64,000 nucleotides of DNA, from contig CDMY01000355.1 in the NCBI GenBank assembly GCA_001179505.1, forward strand, positions 40,155-104,154, given 5' to 3'. Made by a program: the position numbers and the translations under genes. Below, piece after piece: positions 1-11,423 of this stretch; within the stretch, counting starts at the first letter, position 1; every line of letters begins with the position of its first letter. The DNA comes from Vitrella brassicaformis CCMP3155. Its lineage: Eukaryota; Protista; Chromerida. The notes beneath the pieces are model-generated. The model was not told the DNA's origin. It saw only the letters and a program-made list of their open reading frames with translations, and searched no databases.

Positions 1-922
1 TCCTACCCGCCCCTTTGACGCCATCAGCCTTCTTCCAGCGCTGAGCCAGGCACCCTATCACCTCCATGGTGAGCTCCGCCGGCAGCTTGGTCATCTGCGG
101 CTTCCACACTTCCGGCGGATGCTTCACCACCTCCTTGGCCAGCGACTCAGCCACCCTGTCCTGGGGGAAGTTGGTACTCGTCATGAGGTTCGGCTTGAGC
201 TCCAGGACTAAGATTGCCACACCGAGGGTCCACTCGGGGATGCACGAGTAGAGCACGTCCAGGATGACAGCCACGTGCGCCTCCATGCCGAGATACTCAC
301 ACATAGCCAGCAGGTACAGCAGGCCGCCGTACACCATGGTGCCGTCCGGCTCGTGCTTCTTCTGCGGAGGGCCCTCGGAAGACGCCGCCGCCGCCGCTGC
401 TGACCCCTCTTGCACGGGCTCATCGTCCTGCTTGTGGTGTGTAGGCACATGAAGGGCGTAGGGGCGGTTCTGACATGAATGGAACCGGCAAATGACACAC
501 CCAGCAGAATGGCGTGTTGGCTGTTGTCTTACCTTCATGCCGGTGATGTGATTCTTGAGCAGCTGAAATGAACGGAAGAAGCAGATGGGGCATCAGGTCA
601 GAGGTACAGCAACGCGCGGGTGCCATTCCTACCTCAGAATCTGCCATCTCCGAGAGTGCCATCAGCACGGTCAGGTGTTTGAAGGTCTCGGCATGGATGT
701 ACGGCAGCTCCACCTCCTGTTTGGCGTTCTCGACAAACCCATCACGCTCGATGGCAGCAAAGTAACCCGAATGCTTGACGAGCAGATCCTGCACAAAAGA
801 GAGGCACGTGAATGTGGCGTTCCCACGTGTCTGCCCATCTCCCGCCTCACCTTCTTCTCGGTAAAGGTCTGCTGCGCGTCGCCTGAGCCAACGACTATCT
901 TGAAAAACGACGCCTCAGCCAT
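1..922 (-). CDS. BTB/POZ-domain protein (spliced; 3' end runs off the window)
   Basis: ATG at 922. Spliced reading KIVVGSGDAQQTFTEKK|DLLVKHSGYFAAIERDGFVENAKQEVELPYIHAETFKHL fits the BTB consensus (LL..HS.YF.A...F.E....EV.LP....TF). Later exons are open to base 1. Confidence 0.75.
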
Positions 923-1111
923 GGCGCCGCCTCGCACACCTCTCACCCAAACTCCGTTTCTTCGATCCGTTTCGCTACTTTCGTTGTATGCTACAGTCTG
1001 GCAGCGCTAGAGGAGTGCCGTCATGGCCAGAATGCGATGAAAGGCGCTCATTTTCTCCGGACGCGATCCACTGAAGCTCGCGCGCAGAGATTCTGAAGAG
1101 CGAAGGCGATT

Positions 1112-3077
1112 ATGTGGAGAGGCACCATTCGTTCGGGGCGCAAGTCCATCGACGCCATTCCCGAGTCGAGAGACCAGTCTCCGGGACGCTCGCCCACGCT
1201 GTCGGTGTATGGAGGCCTCAACACACCCACATTCGGTGAGGGAGCACCTGGAGGGCATGAGGGGATGGCCTCTTGAATTGCATCACACTGCCTCTTGTCT
1301 GTGTCCCTTGGTTGGTTGCTGTCCATTCTCAGATATTCTGACGCCAGATCGTGTCGGTGTGTTGGCCACTGTCGCCCGCATCGTCGCAGAGCACCAGTAC
1401 ACCATCGAAAGTGCAGATGTCGAGACCACAGACAAGGGATACGCCCGCGAAGTGCTCCAGGTGTGTGTGTGTGCCTCGCGAAAACAAATTCGCATCCATC
1501 ACATGCCTTCTGCTCGATGTTTGTGACTGCAGCTGCGTCGCAGTGACGACTTTGACGCGGTGCCAGCGCCCGACGATTCGACGGCCCGTCTGGAGGCGCT
1601 GAAGAACAGCATCAAGGAGCACTTGAAGACGCTCATCGACACCGAAGAAGCACCCCGTCCCCGTGGGAAGGGCAGGAGGGCCAGGGGTCGGGCGGGCGAC
1701 AAGGACCAGGCAGAGATCGTCGTCGAGGGAGCCGACAAGGTGACAGAGATGGATGTGCGGATGGATAGCACCTGATGACTGTGTGATATCTGTTGTGTGT
1801 TGTCAGGTTGGATTGCTCGGAGGGATTACTGACGTCATCCGTCGTCATGGCTTCACCATATCCAACGCAAAGATCGAAACGATGCAGGTGCGCGCACACC
1901 GAGAAACAACATGCAGCGCGCACAGATCACCTGAGAATATCAGCTCACCTCTTGCTCACGTTGATCGCAGGACGGCGTTGTGCGCGACACGTTCCGTCTT
2001 CGGCTCGGCGGTGCGCTTCTCTACAGCGACACATCAATCGACGAGTGCCTGGAGGACCTCATGGAGTCACTCGAGGACAGCGGCGCAAAGTAAATTCCCA
2101 CAACGATGGCACGCAGAATGACTGGATGGTGTCGCCCGTCGTGTTGCCTGTTGCCTGTGTCAGTTTCCACGACTTTGTGGAGCCAGTGTTAGACGAGGAC
2201 TTCAAGTCATCCCCCATCAAGCAGCCCATCGCTCCCGAGCTCATTACCAAGATGGTCACCCACGACTCCCTGGAGCTCCCTCAGCTGCCCCCCAAGTCAC
2301 TCGAGACCCCCGCCCTCTACTCGCGCAGCGCCACAGACCCCGTGGGCACACCCGGCACATTCTTCACACCTCCCCTCAAACCATCCAATCGCCCCCCACC
2401 AGGGACCACCAATGACAGCTCACAGCAGCAGCAGCAGCAGCAGCGAACAGACAAGGACGTCAACGACTCGCTGGCGCAGTTTTTCATCTCGCGTCTTGAC
2501 AGCGATGACGACTTCAGACTCGAGGAGGCGGCCGAGCCGGTCCCGCCAGCGGACGGGCCGACTGCTGCCGAGGGGGCAGTCATCAGGAAAGACAGCGGGC
2601 CCGGCACGTGGGTGGGCAGCATTCGCCCCGACAGCCCTCTGATGAACGCCGTGAAGCGCGAGCCCAGGCCGACGCGGCCCCCCGGCCTCCGCCGCAAGCG
2701 ATCCAGCTCTATAGCGTCTGGCGAGCGTCTGCCCTCCCTGCCGGGCCACCGCACGTCGAGCTCCCACTCTCACTCCACCGAGACGAGCGAGAATGAGAAT
2801 GGCGGCGATCTCCCTCCTGTCAGTCAAACACCACGATCGGAGTCGCGTTCGCCGCAGGAAGGGATGCACCTCTCCTGCAAGATCAGCAAGAGACCCGCCA
2901 GTGTGGACGCAGGACCAAACAGGGGCAGACACAAGTCAGCAACCGAGCGAGCCAGCCATACACACACACACAGACCTTTTTTCTGATAACTTCTACTGTC
3001 CGCCTGTGTGTGCCTCCAGCTTCTGTCTGTCGGCGTTTCGCGGTCTCCGGAAGGACGAGAGGGGCATGCACACGTGA
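1112..3077 (+). CDS. Protein with two ACT domains and a long low-complexity C-terminal tail (ACR/GlnD-C-terminus-like)
   Basis: ATG 1112 with in-frame upstream stop. Spliced TF|DILTPDRVGVLATVARIVAEHQYTIESADVETT and VGLLGGITDVIRRHGFTISNAKIETMQ|DGVVRDTFRL both match ACT consensus. 3' end is approximate. Confidence 0.75.
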
Positions 3078-4233
3078 CCTTACTGCGTCCATTCCATTGA
3101 AGCGGTTTTTTCCTGGCGGTTTTTGCCAGCAAAGGGAAGGGGTAATGTGGGATGTGGGGGGGTCTCGCCGGTCTTTCTATCTGTCTATCTATCTATCTCT
3201 GTGTTCGTCCCGTCACGACGAATTTTTATCCATCTCGCGTGCATGTGTGCGCGCTGTGTCGGTCGGTCGGTCGGTCGGTCGGTCATTCCATATATTAGAG
3301 GGAACGGTGTGTGCATCTTATCTATCTTGTGTGCAGTGCATGTGTCGATCAGAAGTACACATGTGCACCTGGGTGGGGGTGGAGGCATACAGCCAGGCTA
3401 TCTATCAAGGTCCTCGACTTTTTTGGCCGCCCTGCTGCTGCCCGCGCGTCTGCCACAGACCAGCAGCATTGCAAGTGGGTGAGAGGTGCGGATGGAGGCC
3501 TGGAAGTTCTTGTGCTATCTATAGCTTTCGTACTGCCTGCCTGTCGCACCTCCTCTGCCCCGTGTCGTCGAATGGACCATTCATGTCGTCGATGGGTTTG
3601 GATGCCATGCTAGATGGCTGCTCGTATGGGCATGTATTTGCCTTCAACTGCGACGTCTTTTTCGCGAGTTTCGATGGGTCGATCATGCTTCAACCGCGTG
3701 TTCCTTCGTACGGGTGGCACAGGTGGCTGGAAGGCTTCCCGGGGTGCGTCGAACAACGCATGTTCGGGACACCTTCCTGTCGCGAGTCGCACCTGTGGGA
3801 GGAAGGCGTCAGAGAAGTCTGCAGTTTCTCTTCGCACTGGCTCCGGCTCGGTTGCGTCTTTGTGTGCGGTGAGAGTGACGTGCGGAGGGCGCTCGAGGGT
3901 GAGCAAACGAGACGGTCAAGCAAGACACGTCACGTTTCCTCACACTCCTGCCCCAGTGTTCAGTGCCTTGCGATCGAAGCACGAACAAGAGATCTAGACT
4001 GTAGTCACGAGTATCAGACTGTGCACTTGAGACTCTCTTGAGACAGCAAACGCCGAGTTGTGCATGGACGATTGTGCCTGACGACACCAATCCGTAGCCA
4101 GTCCACGACAAACCAAAGATCTCGGAGACACCATAATAATTTGCACGCCTGCTCGCCCCCAGTCTCAGTCGAGTGAAGCTCCCACATCCGCTCCCTCCAG
4201 GTGCGCTCTCAGTCCCCTCCTTTCTCTGCCGGG

Positions 4234-7200
4234 ATGATGACGAGTGACTCGGATACAGGAAGTGTGGGCCCGCTGCAGCACTCATGGCTTGCGGATGCAG
4301 TCAAGGTCGGCATGGTGTGTGCGCGACTGTTTCGGGACGGCGCGAGCGAGCAGAGGCGGGTCTTTCGACTTGTGTTGGGGATGATGGCACAATTGGTGAC
4401 AAAGCAGGCGAGAGAGGAGGGACTGGGCGAAGAGTTCGGCCCGACGACAGAGGACGACAGGGACGTCATCTGGAAGATGTGGAAGGCCGCAAGAGGTGAA
4501 GGAAGAACCGCATCTATTGTGTCCATCATCCATGTGTGGAAATGATGATGGTCTTGTATGCTGTCCACCATCAGGTGCTGTGCTTCACCTTTTGCCACCC
4601 ATCCGGCCCTCCATCGTGTGGCCCATCCTCCCCGCCATCCGTCTCCGTCTCGCGAGAGCATTGCGCATCATCAGGCACCTCATCTATGCCCGCCTTCTCT
4701 CGTCCTTCCTCTCACTCAAAGCCGTCTGGCGGCAATCATCGATGCGTGGTCGGGCATCGCAGGCGTCAGATGCGGTCAGGCGTCGCATACTGGGATGCCA
4801 GATCACCGAGGCGAGCGCACAGTGGAAGGGAGGGGTCGTCGGCGGCCTGATTGAGCTGGACCGTGCGGTCAAGAGGGTGCTGTTGAGGCGGAAGGGCATG
4901 GCCATGCGTGTGTGGCGGAGGGAGGCTGGGCGGGGCGACAGGGAGGGATGGGCCATGATGCGAAAGGGACTGATGAACTGGACGGGAGAAAAAGGCGGAG
5001 ACGCCGAGAAGAAGGTCGGTCAGACAATGGCGCAGACAAGTGGACTGGGTGTTTGGTTCGTCAGTCAATCTCCGCGTGTGTTTGCACAGTGGCTGGGTCT
5101 GATGCTGCCTGAGAGACAGTTGGTTGTCATCCTCCTCGATGCACTGTGGCGAAACAGTGAGCGTATATGCATATCATATGGCCTTCGATCACTCATTCCC
5201 TCATCTGTTGTGTGCAGATGGCTCCACGCTTCTCTCCAGGCTGCTCATCGACACAAATGTCTCATCCCTGGCTTACCAGCTCGCCAACCAATATGCTCAC
5301 ACTGACCCATCCGCCCTCCCGCCGCGCCTTGCATCCATCGCACAACCCATCACCGCCATGTCGACACTCACCAGCCTGACGGCCTTCTTGCCCTTCCCTT
5401 TCGAGTCGCATGATGTCGGCGGCGACGACGTCTTCGTCCGTGTGACCCCTGAGGCGATGCGACTGTGGGGCCGGGTGAGGGAGTGGCATGGGCGGGGCGG
5501 GACGCCCAGCGACCTCGGCAAGAGGAAGAGGGCGATGGCATACGATGAGGCGAGAGAGGCCAAGTCACTTCGGGCGGGCATCGCGACGCTTGCAGGTGGG
5601 TGGGGGAGAAGGGGGAGAGAGACATTGAGGAGAGACATGCGTTTGGTGTGCAGGCCTGGAGCCGAGAGCCAAGAAACAGGAGAAGAGACCTGTCGAGCTT
5701 TCGCAGTCCGTGACATCGCTCTCTGACGTGAGCCCTTCGTTGTGCCTGCATTCAGCATTTCTTCTGTTGATCAATGTTGTTTGCGTCAGAAAGAGATGGA
5801 TCGGATGGTCGACGAGCTGCTGGGGATATTCCGCCTTATGAGACACCAGCGCAAACACGGCACCAATCTCCTTGTCGACCGCGACCAGCTGAGCAAGCTG
5901 GTGTCCCACCCTGGCGAAAAATCGGGTTCAAAACTCTCGCCGCGGACCCTAATCTCTTCCCTCGAAAGCCTGAATGTGCTCCCGCCAGGCTCAAACTGGC
6001 TCGACTTTGAGCGTCTCGCGGCATCTCTGCTTCAGAAAGACATCGATGCCTCCGCAGCCCCTCTTCCATCTGTCGCGCCACCGTCACCAACAGCACCTCT
6101 CGACCAGCCGCCACCCCTCTCGGATACCTCGCCACCTCCGCCACCGTCCAACACCTTCCTGGACGTGCCCCCTCTCCGTGTTTGCGTCTGTGCCGCATAT
6201 GGCCTGCCGCTGTTTGACGAGCCGCGAGACGCGAGCCGGCTGTACAGTGTGGAAGTATGCTTGCTGGGCGACGGCAGGGAGGAGAGGGGAGGTGGTTCGA
6301 CGATGTTGAGGACCCGGCCGAGCACACTGGAGGGGCGGGGGCGGCCGATGGGTGGGCGGGTCATGTGGGACCATACGATCGAGTTCTCGATGAGAGACCT
6401 GACGGTGAGCGACGAGAAAACGATACAAATATATCGGTGCGTGAATGATTCTGGTTTGCTGTGTGCAGGTCTCTGCTTTCCGCAACCTGCGGCTCCGCTT
6501 CACTCTTGACGTGGTCAGCAAGGAAATAATGTGTGTGTCTCCAATTGCCGGACTTATTCCTTGTCAATTGCCTTCTACCCGTCAGCTTGTCTCACACAAG
6601 GAATGGCGCACCCTGGGCACCAAGGAGGTCCCTCTCCGCCACCTCGCCAAGCTGCAACTCGAAAAGCCGCAACCACAGCCACAGTCCTCCACTTCAGCTG
6701 GCCGCCCGCAGCGCTTCATTGTCAGAGGGGCGTGGGAAGACAGAGCACCCGCCATGTACCGATTCAGGCTGACGAATGTGGACCGGCGGCTGGGCAGGAG
6801 AGTGGAGAAGGCAGCAGCGGGGAAGAGGATGTATCTCACGATTGCGGTCAACGAACTATGTCTTCGAAGGCAGCGAGCTGCTGCGCAAGGACGAGTGGGG
6901 CAACCTTCTGAGGCCGCGGGCGGTGTTGAAGCCCATCCCTGTCCGGATGGACGTGTGGGTGGACTCGGCCGCCTTCCACCCCTCGCTGGTCGATGTGCAC
7001 CTCGACACATCGACGGACAGCACTAAGGAGGAGCAAGCAAAACTCGCCACATATGCGGTCGAGATGTCATTTTCAGGGCCGCTTGGGGGCGGCAGACAGC
7101 CGCAGATGCGGTCGACAAGGTTTGTGTTGGCGCAGCTGCTGACGAAGACCACTGCTGGGTCGCGGCCGGCTCAGTGGGCGAAGAAATGCAATTGGGGCGA

Positions 7201-10200
7201 CGTTGTGGACATCTCCCTCGAACAGCTTCAGGAAGAAGGAGGCGAGAAGCAGCTGCAGCTGTCAATGGCGCTGCTATCAAAGATCGACAACCAGGTGTGG
7301 CGTACACACACAAATAGCGTCTCTGATACACCATATGCGGCCTCTTTGCCTGTCGGTGTCTCTTTCCTGACAGCCCGACACTATCCGTCTCGGCGCAACC
7401 CCTACGCCAATCGACCCCCTGCCCTTCATGCTGCCCTTCCCCCCTCCGCCGCCCCACTTACCGCCCTACACCCTCCCCACAGGAGACAGCCTCGAGGACC
7501 GCACCGACTGGCAGCTCCACCCCTTCAGACTCACTCCATCCATCCTGCCACTCAGGGGCCAGCAGGCGATCGATGTCTGGGTGGGGTTCAAAGTCAGGTG
7601 GGTGTGGGAGGTGGTCGACTATCCGAGAGAGCCCTTTGCCGCCTTCCCTCTGCCGCCGTTCCCGAAGGTGCGGCCCCTCTCTCATCGTAGTCAGCAGCTG
7701 AGGCGTGGGCAGGACATCCAGACGGAGGCAACCTACCCGCCACAGTATGCTGAGACACGGCTAGAACCCCCATGTGTGGAGATTGTTCTCGACGGCATGA
7801 TCGTGAGCAACCTCCCTGACCTGCCCATGGAGTATGCCATTGAAGTCGCCCTGTCGCTGAAGACTACCCGCCCCCCGCCGCCATCTGGGCCGCCGCCCAA
7901 AAGAACAGAGACCCGTGAAGAACTGTCCAGGCGGGAAAGTGGTGTCGCCGTGCCTCCGATGGCGACACCTTTGCCGGCGACACAGGCCGCTTTCCCGCCG
8001 ACTGTAAGCCTTCCTGTCCCTGCCAGCGTGAGCATCCCTACCCCTCAGGCGCCCTTGCCGCCTCCACCCCCATCACCACCCCCACACGACGAGATGGAGT
8101 CCGAAAGCTCTGCATCGTCAGAAGAGCGAACGCCGATAGTCACCGAGACAACAGGCATTCTCTCATCCTTCCTGGGTCCGACAACAAGTACCCAGCCGGT
8201 GCCGCAGACAATGCCGCCACCGCAACAGTCAACGCGGGCCCTTTCACAAGTGGCGAAGAAGCGGCCCCCACCGCCGCCACCGAGTATGCCGTTCCCAGAG
8301 CCGCCTTCCCCCGAAGGCAGCGAGTCGACGAGCGGATCAGAGGAGGATCAGCTGCTGCCAAACTTCAACCTGCCGCTCTTCGCGCCTCCCACAGCCACAC
8401 ACGCAGCTCCTCCGCCCGATGCAGTGGCGACCAGTCGGCCGAAAGGGAGTCCCTCTGTGTGGATGAGCCGGGCGATCAAGAGCACGGGCGGTGAGGGGGA
8501 GCGGTGGATAGAGTGGAGGGAGGTGGGGGAGGTCCTGTTGGATGCTGGGGTGGACAAAACAGTAGGGCAGATGACGATGGCCGTGACGCTCTGCGCGAGG
8601 CCGCTCAGGATTCCGTCGCAGGTGGGGACACTTCATGAGACACACTGATCCACCACCATCAATCACCACGTGTGTGCTCTGGCCAGGGCGAGTGGCGTCC
8701 ATTTGCAACAGCCCACATGCCCCTTTCCAGCGTCCTCACCTTCACACCAACGCACCCCTTGCCTGCGCCCCCTGAACTCAATTTCCACTCCCTCCTTCTC
8801 CAGAGTGCTCTCTCGACACGCGACGTCACCGGCAGCCTGCGAATCGCCTGCCGCGTGCGCCACCACATGCAGGCGGCATTCTCCTTCCCACCTGCATCGC
8901 CACCCAGGAGGCCCATCACGCCTCGACTTCGCTTCGAGCCTCCACTGGTAGACAGGGCGATTGGTGTGGACAAGGGGGTCGAGGCGCAGATCGAGGCGCC
9001 GAGGACTGCTGAGATTGCTGTCCCTCGAGTGCCGGCAAGACCATCCGTGCCTGTCACTGCCGTCGCGAAGAAACCCGACTCGGTGATTGCGGCACCACCC
9101 AAGAAGCCAGGAGCCCGGCCACCACCACCACCGCCTCCTCTCCCTCCTGTCGTGCCAAAGCGTCCCTCTGTGAGGCCACCGTCTGAGTCGGCGAGCGAGG
9201 AGTCTGTGGAGCCTTCACGGCCGTCGATCATCAACCTCACCGCTGCAGCAGATCGCGACAGGAGGGCAGACTCGTGGATGGGCGACTTCCTTGGCCCGTC
9301 TGTCAGGCAGTCTGCTGGCATCTTTGAGTCGATCGGTGCATCCATTGGCGGCGCAGAGACAGGGCCGGTGGAGGCGAGAAAGGCAGCGGGGGAAGGGCCA
9401 AGGCCATCACCAACTCCACCTGCACCACTACGACCACCACCACCACCACCACCACCAATGGAAGAGCGAAAGAGCAGGTTGACGGTCGTGCTGAAGGATT
9501 CCAGCTACACGGACCTTGATATGGTGATCTTGGAGAGGGGAGTGCTCGATCTGAGGGGGAAGGCTCTCGGGCCAAAGGGATTTGCAGACATGGCGCGCGA
9601 GGCTCACCAATGGGCCAAGAAGCTGCACACCATTAAACTCGCCGGTGAGGCAAACTGCATGCAGCATATTGGCTCTCCACTCTTGCACCTCGCTACGGCC
9701 GCCTGATCTCTGCGTGCGTCCTGCAGGCACGTGTCTCGAGGACGAAGGCGCCATGGCACTGGCGAGATTCCTGGGCAGTGGCACGACAGCAAAGACCCCA
9801 AGGCTGAGCTACCTGGACGTCACTGGTACACGCACATGGTCCCCGAGGCATGTGTATATGCATGGGCTGTGTCCTGTCTTATCTTGCATCTTTTGCCAGA
9901 CACGGAGATGACGGAGCGTGGTGTGGTTGAGTTGGTGAGCTGCCTCTACACGCTCAACATACCCATCAAACAGTTCTCCATCGGAAGTGAGACGTGGGAG
10001 AGAGACACAGACAGACAGACAAGCACATGGTCGGAGTGACATCTGTGTGTGTGGCATTCCTGCGTGCCTCAGAGAATCCCCTTGGAGTGACCGGCACGGC
10101 CGCTGTCTCTGCCCTCCTCTCGGCTTCGAACACCCTGCTCAACATCAACCTGGCTGGTGATCGCCTCTCTGTGTGATTATGTGATTACGTGATTGCGTGC

Positions 10201-10746
10201 AGGCTGTGGCATCGAAGACGGCGGGGCCCGTGCGCTGGCTGGTGCCCTGATGCCCTCTGGCAGGGCTGGCCAGAGACCATCGCCGCTGATGAAAATCCGG
10301 CTCAAAGGTACCAAGCAATTTGCAGAACGCAATGGCGTTTTTCAGTCCTTTGCAACGATGCATGTGTTGTTTTGCGCCTCACAGATAACCGCATTGGCGA
10401 CAACGGAGCTGTCCTTCTGTTCCAGAGCTTTGCAAATGTGCCAAACCTCCGAGAAATCAATTTTGGAGGTGATCTTGTGTCTTCGCACGATGAAGCACTG
10501 TTCCCATCGATGTATTGCGGCATCCAGGCAACCCGTGGGGCGACAGGGGTGCATCAGCCTTGCTGGCACTGCTCGACACACCGGACATGAGAATAAAGGA
10601 CGTGGACATAACAAGTATGCCCGCGAAAAAGCCTTGTGACGGCATGATGGTGTCTCTTCTTTCTTGCAGGTATTCGTGTGTCTGGGAGTGTGCGCGACGC
10701 CTTGCGACAGAGTGCCGGGGAGCACAATGTGGCTGTTGTTATGTGA
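4234..10746 (+). CDS. Large multi-exon protein: degenerate EF-hand-like pair, C2-like domain(s), proline-rich tracts, C-terminal ribonuclease-inhibitor-type LRRs
   Basis: C2-like segment CAAYGLP...YSVEV...RTRP...VMWDHTIEF. LRR exons LDLRGKALGPKGF, CLEDEGAMALARFL, NPLGVTGTAAVSALL, CGIEDGGARALAGAL, DNRIGDNGAVLL and NPWGDRGASALL. Last exon reads ...EHNVAVVM*. Start is uncertain, and the region could be two genes. Confidence 0.65.
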
Positions 10747-11231
10747 GTCCCAGTGAGGGCGTGGTTGTATCAGGGAAATTGATTCAATCAATGAGGAGGA
10801 TGAAATCGGCAGATCAGTGGATGTGACTTTGCTTCTGCACTGAGTCGATGGACAACTTAGGACTCCGACTTAGGAGACGAAATTTGGATATGTTTTGTTG
10901 GGGTGCGGCACACTGCATGCAGACATTAGGAATGAAAGCCACTCATCCGTTGTCCTTTAGGAACTCGTGTCTCCGATAGGCGTCTCCGCGTCATTTCCCC
11001 CACCTGGCATTTCCCTGCCGCGTATGGCCTGGGATGCTTAGGGTTTCTGTCGGTGGGTGACCTGCTGCCGATTGAATTTGGGACGGCCTTCATCATTTTC
11101 ACGGTGCCATCGCCACAGGCCATCACTGCCACACACATCACACACGAAGGTCCACACGCAACACAACGCATGAAGTGTACAGTATACAGTACAGCAAAAA
11201 ATGCCCAAAATGCCTTTCCCGCCCTGGTGCA

Positions 11232-11241
11232 CAGCTCGCAG
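11232..11241 (+). promoter_or_regulatory. Candidate upstream element CAGCTCGCAG
   Basis: About 180 nt before the ankyrin-RING ATG. Confidence 0.45.
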
Positions 11242-11423
11242 AGAAGCGCTGAGCCATTCTTCGCGTTAGCGTCTGCAGACACGACCAAGAGGAGCTCAGT
11301 GTCTTCACCGTCCAAGATCTCGCATTTCCATTCATCGAAGCGGCTGTGTGGATGCGGTCATGAGGAGGAGCACCTGTGCCGAGAAGATCTCACCACAGAT
11401 GCTGATCTGACCGCATTCTGCCG

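Noticed and set aside
3010-4041. 343-aa plus-strand ORF through microsatellite-poor sequence
   Set aside because: It begins in 3' UTR-like repeats, has Cys/Trp-rich noise-like composition and no recognisable motif in any frame. It might hide 5' exons of the LRR gene, but I cannot support that.
10926-11335. Possible small spliced minus-strand gene head-to-head with the ankyrin gene (acceptor-like site near 11124, peptide DGLWRWHRENDEGRPKFNRQQ)
   Set aside because: I could not assign a convincing first exon, start codon or homology.
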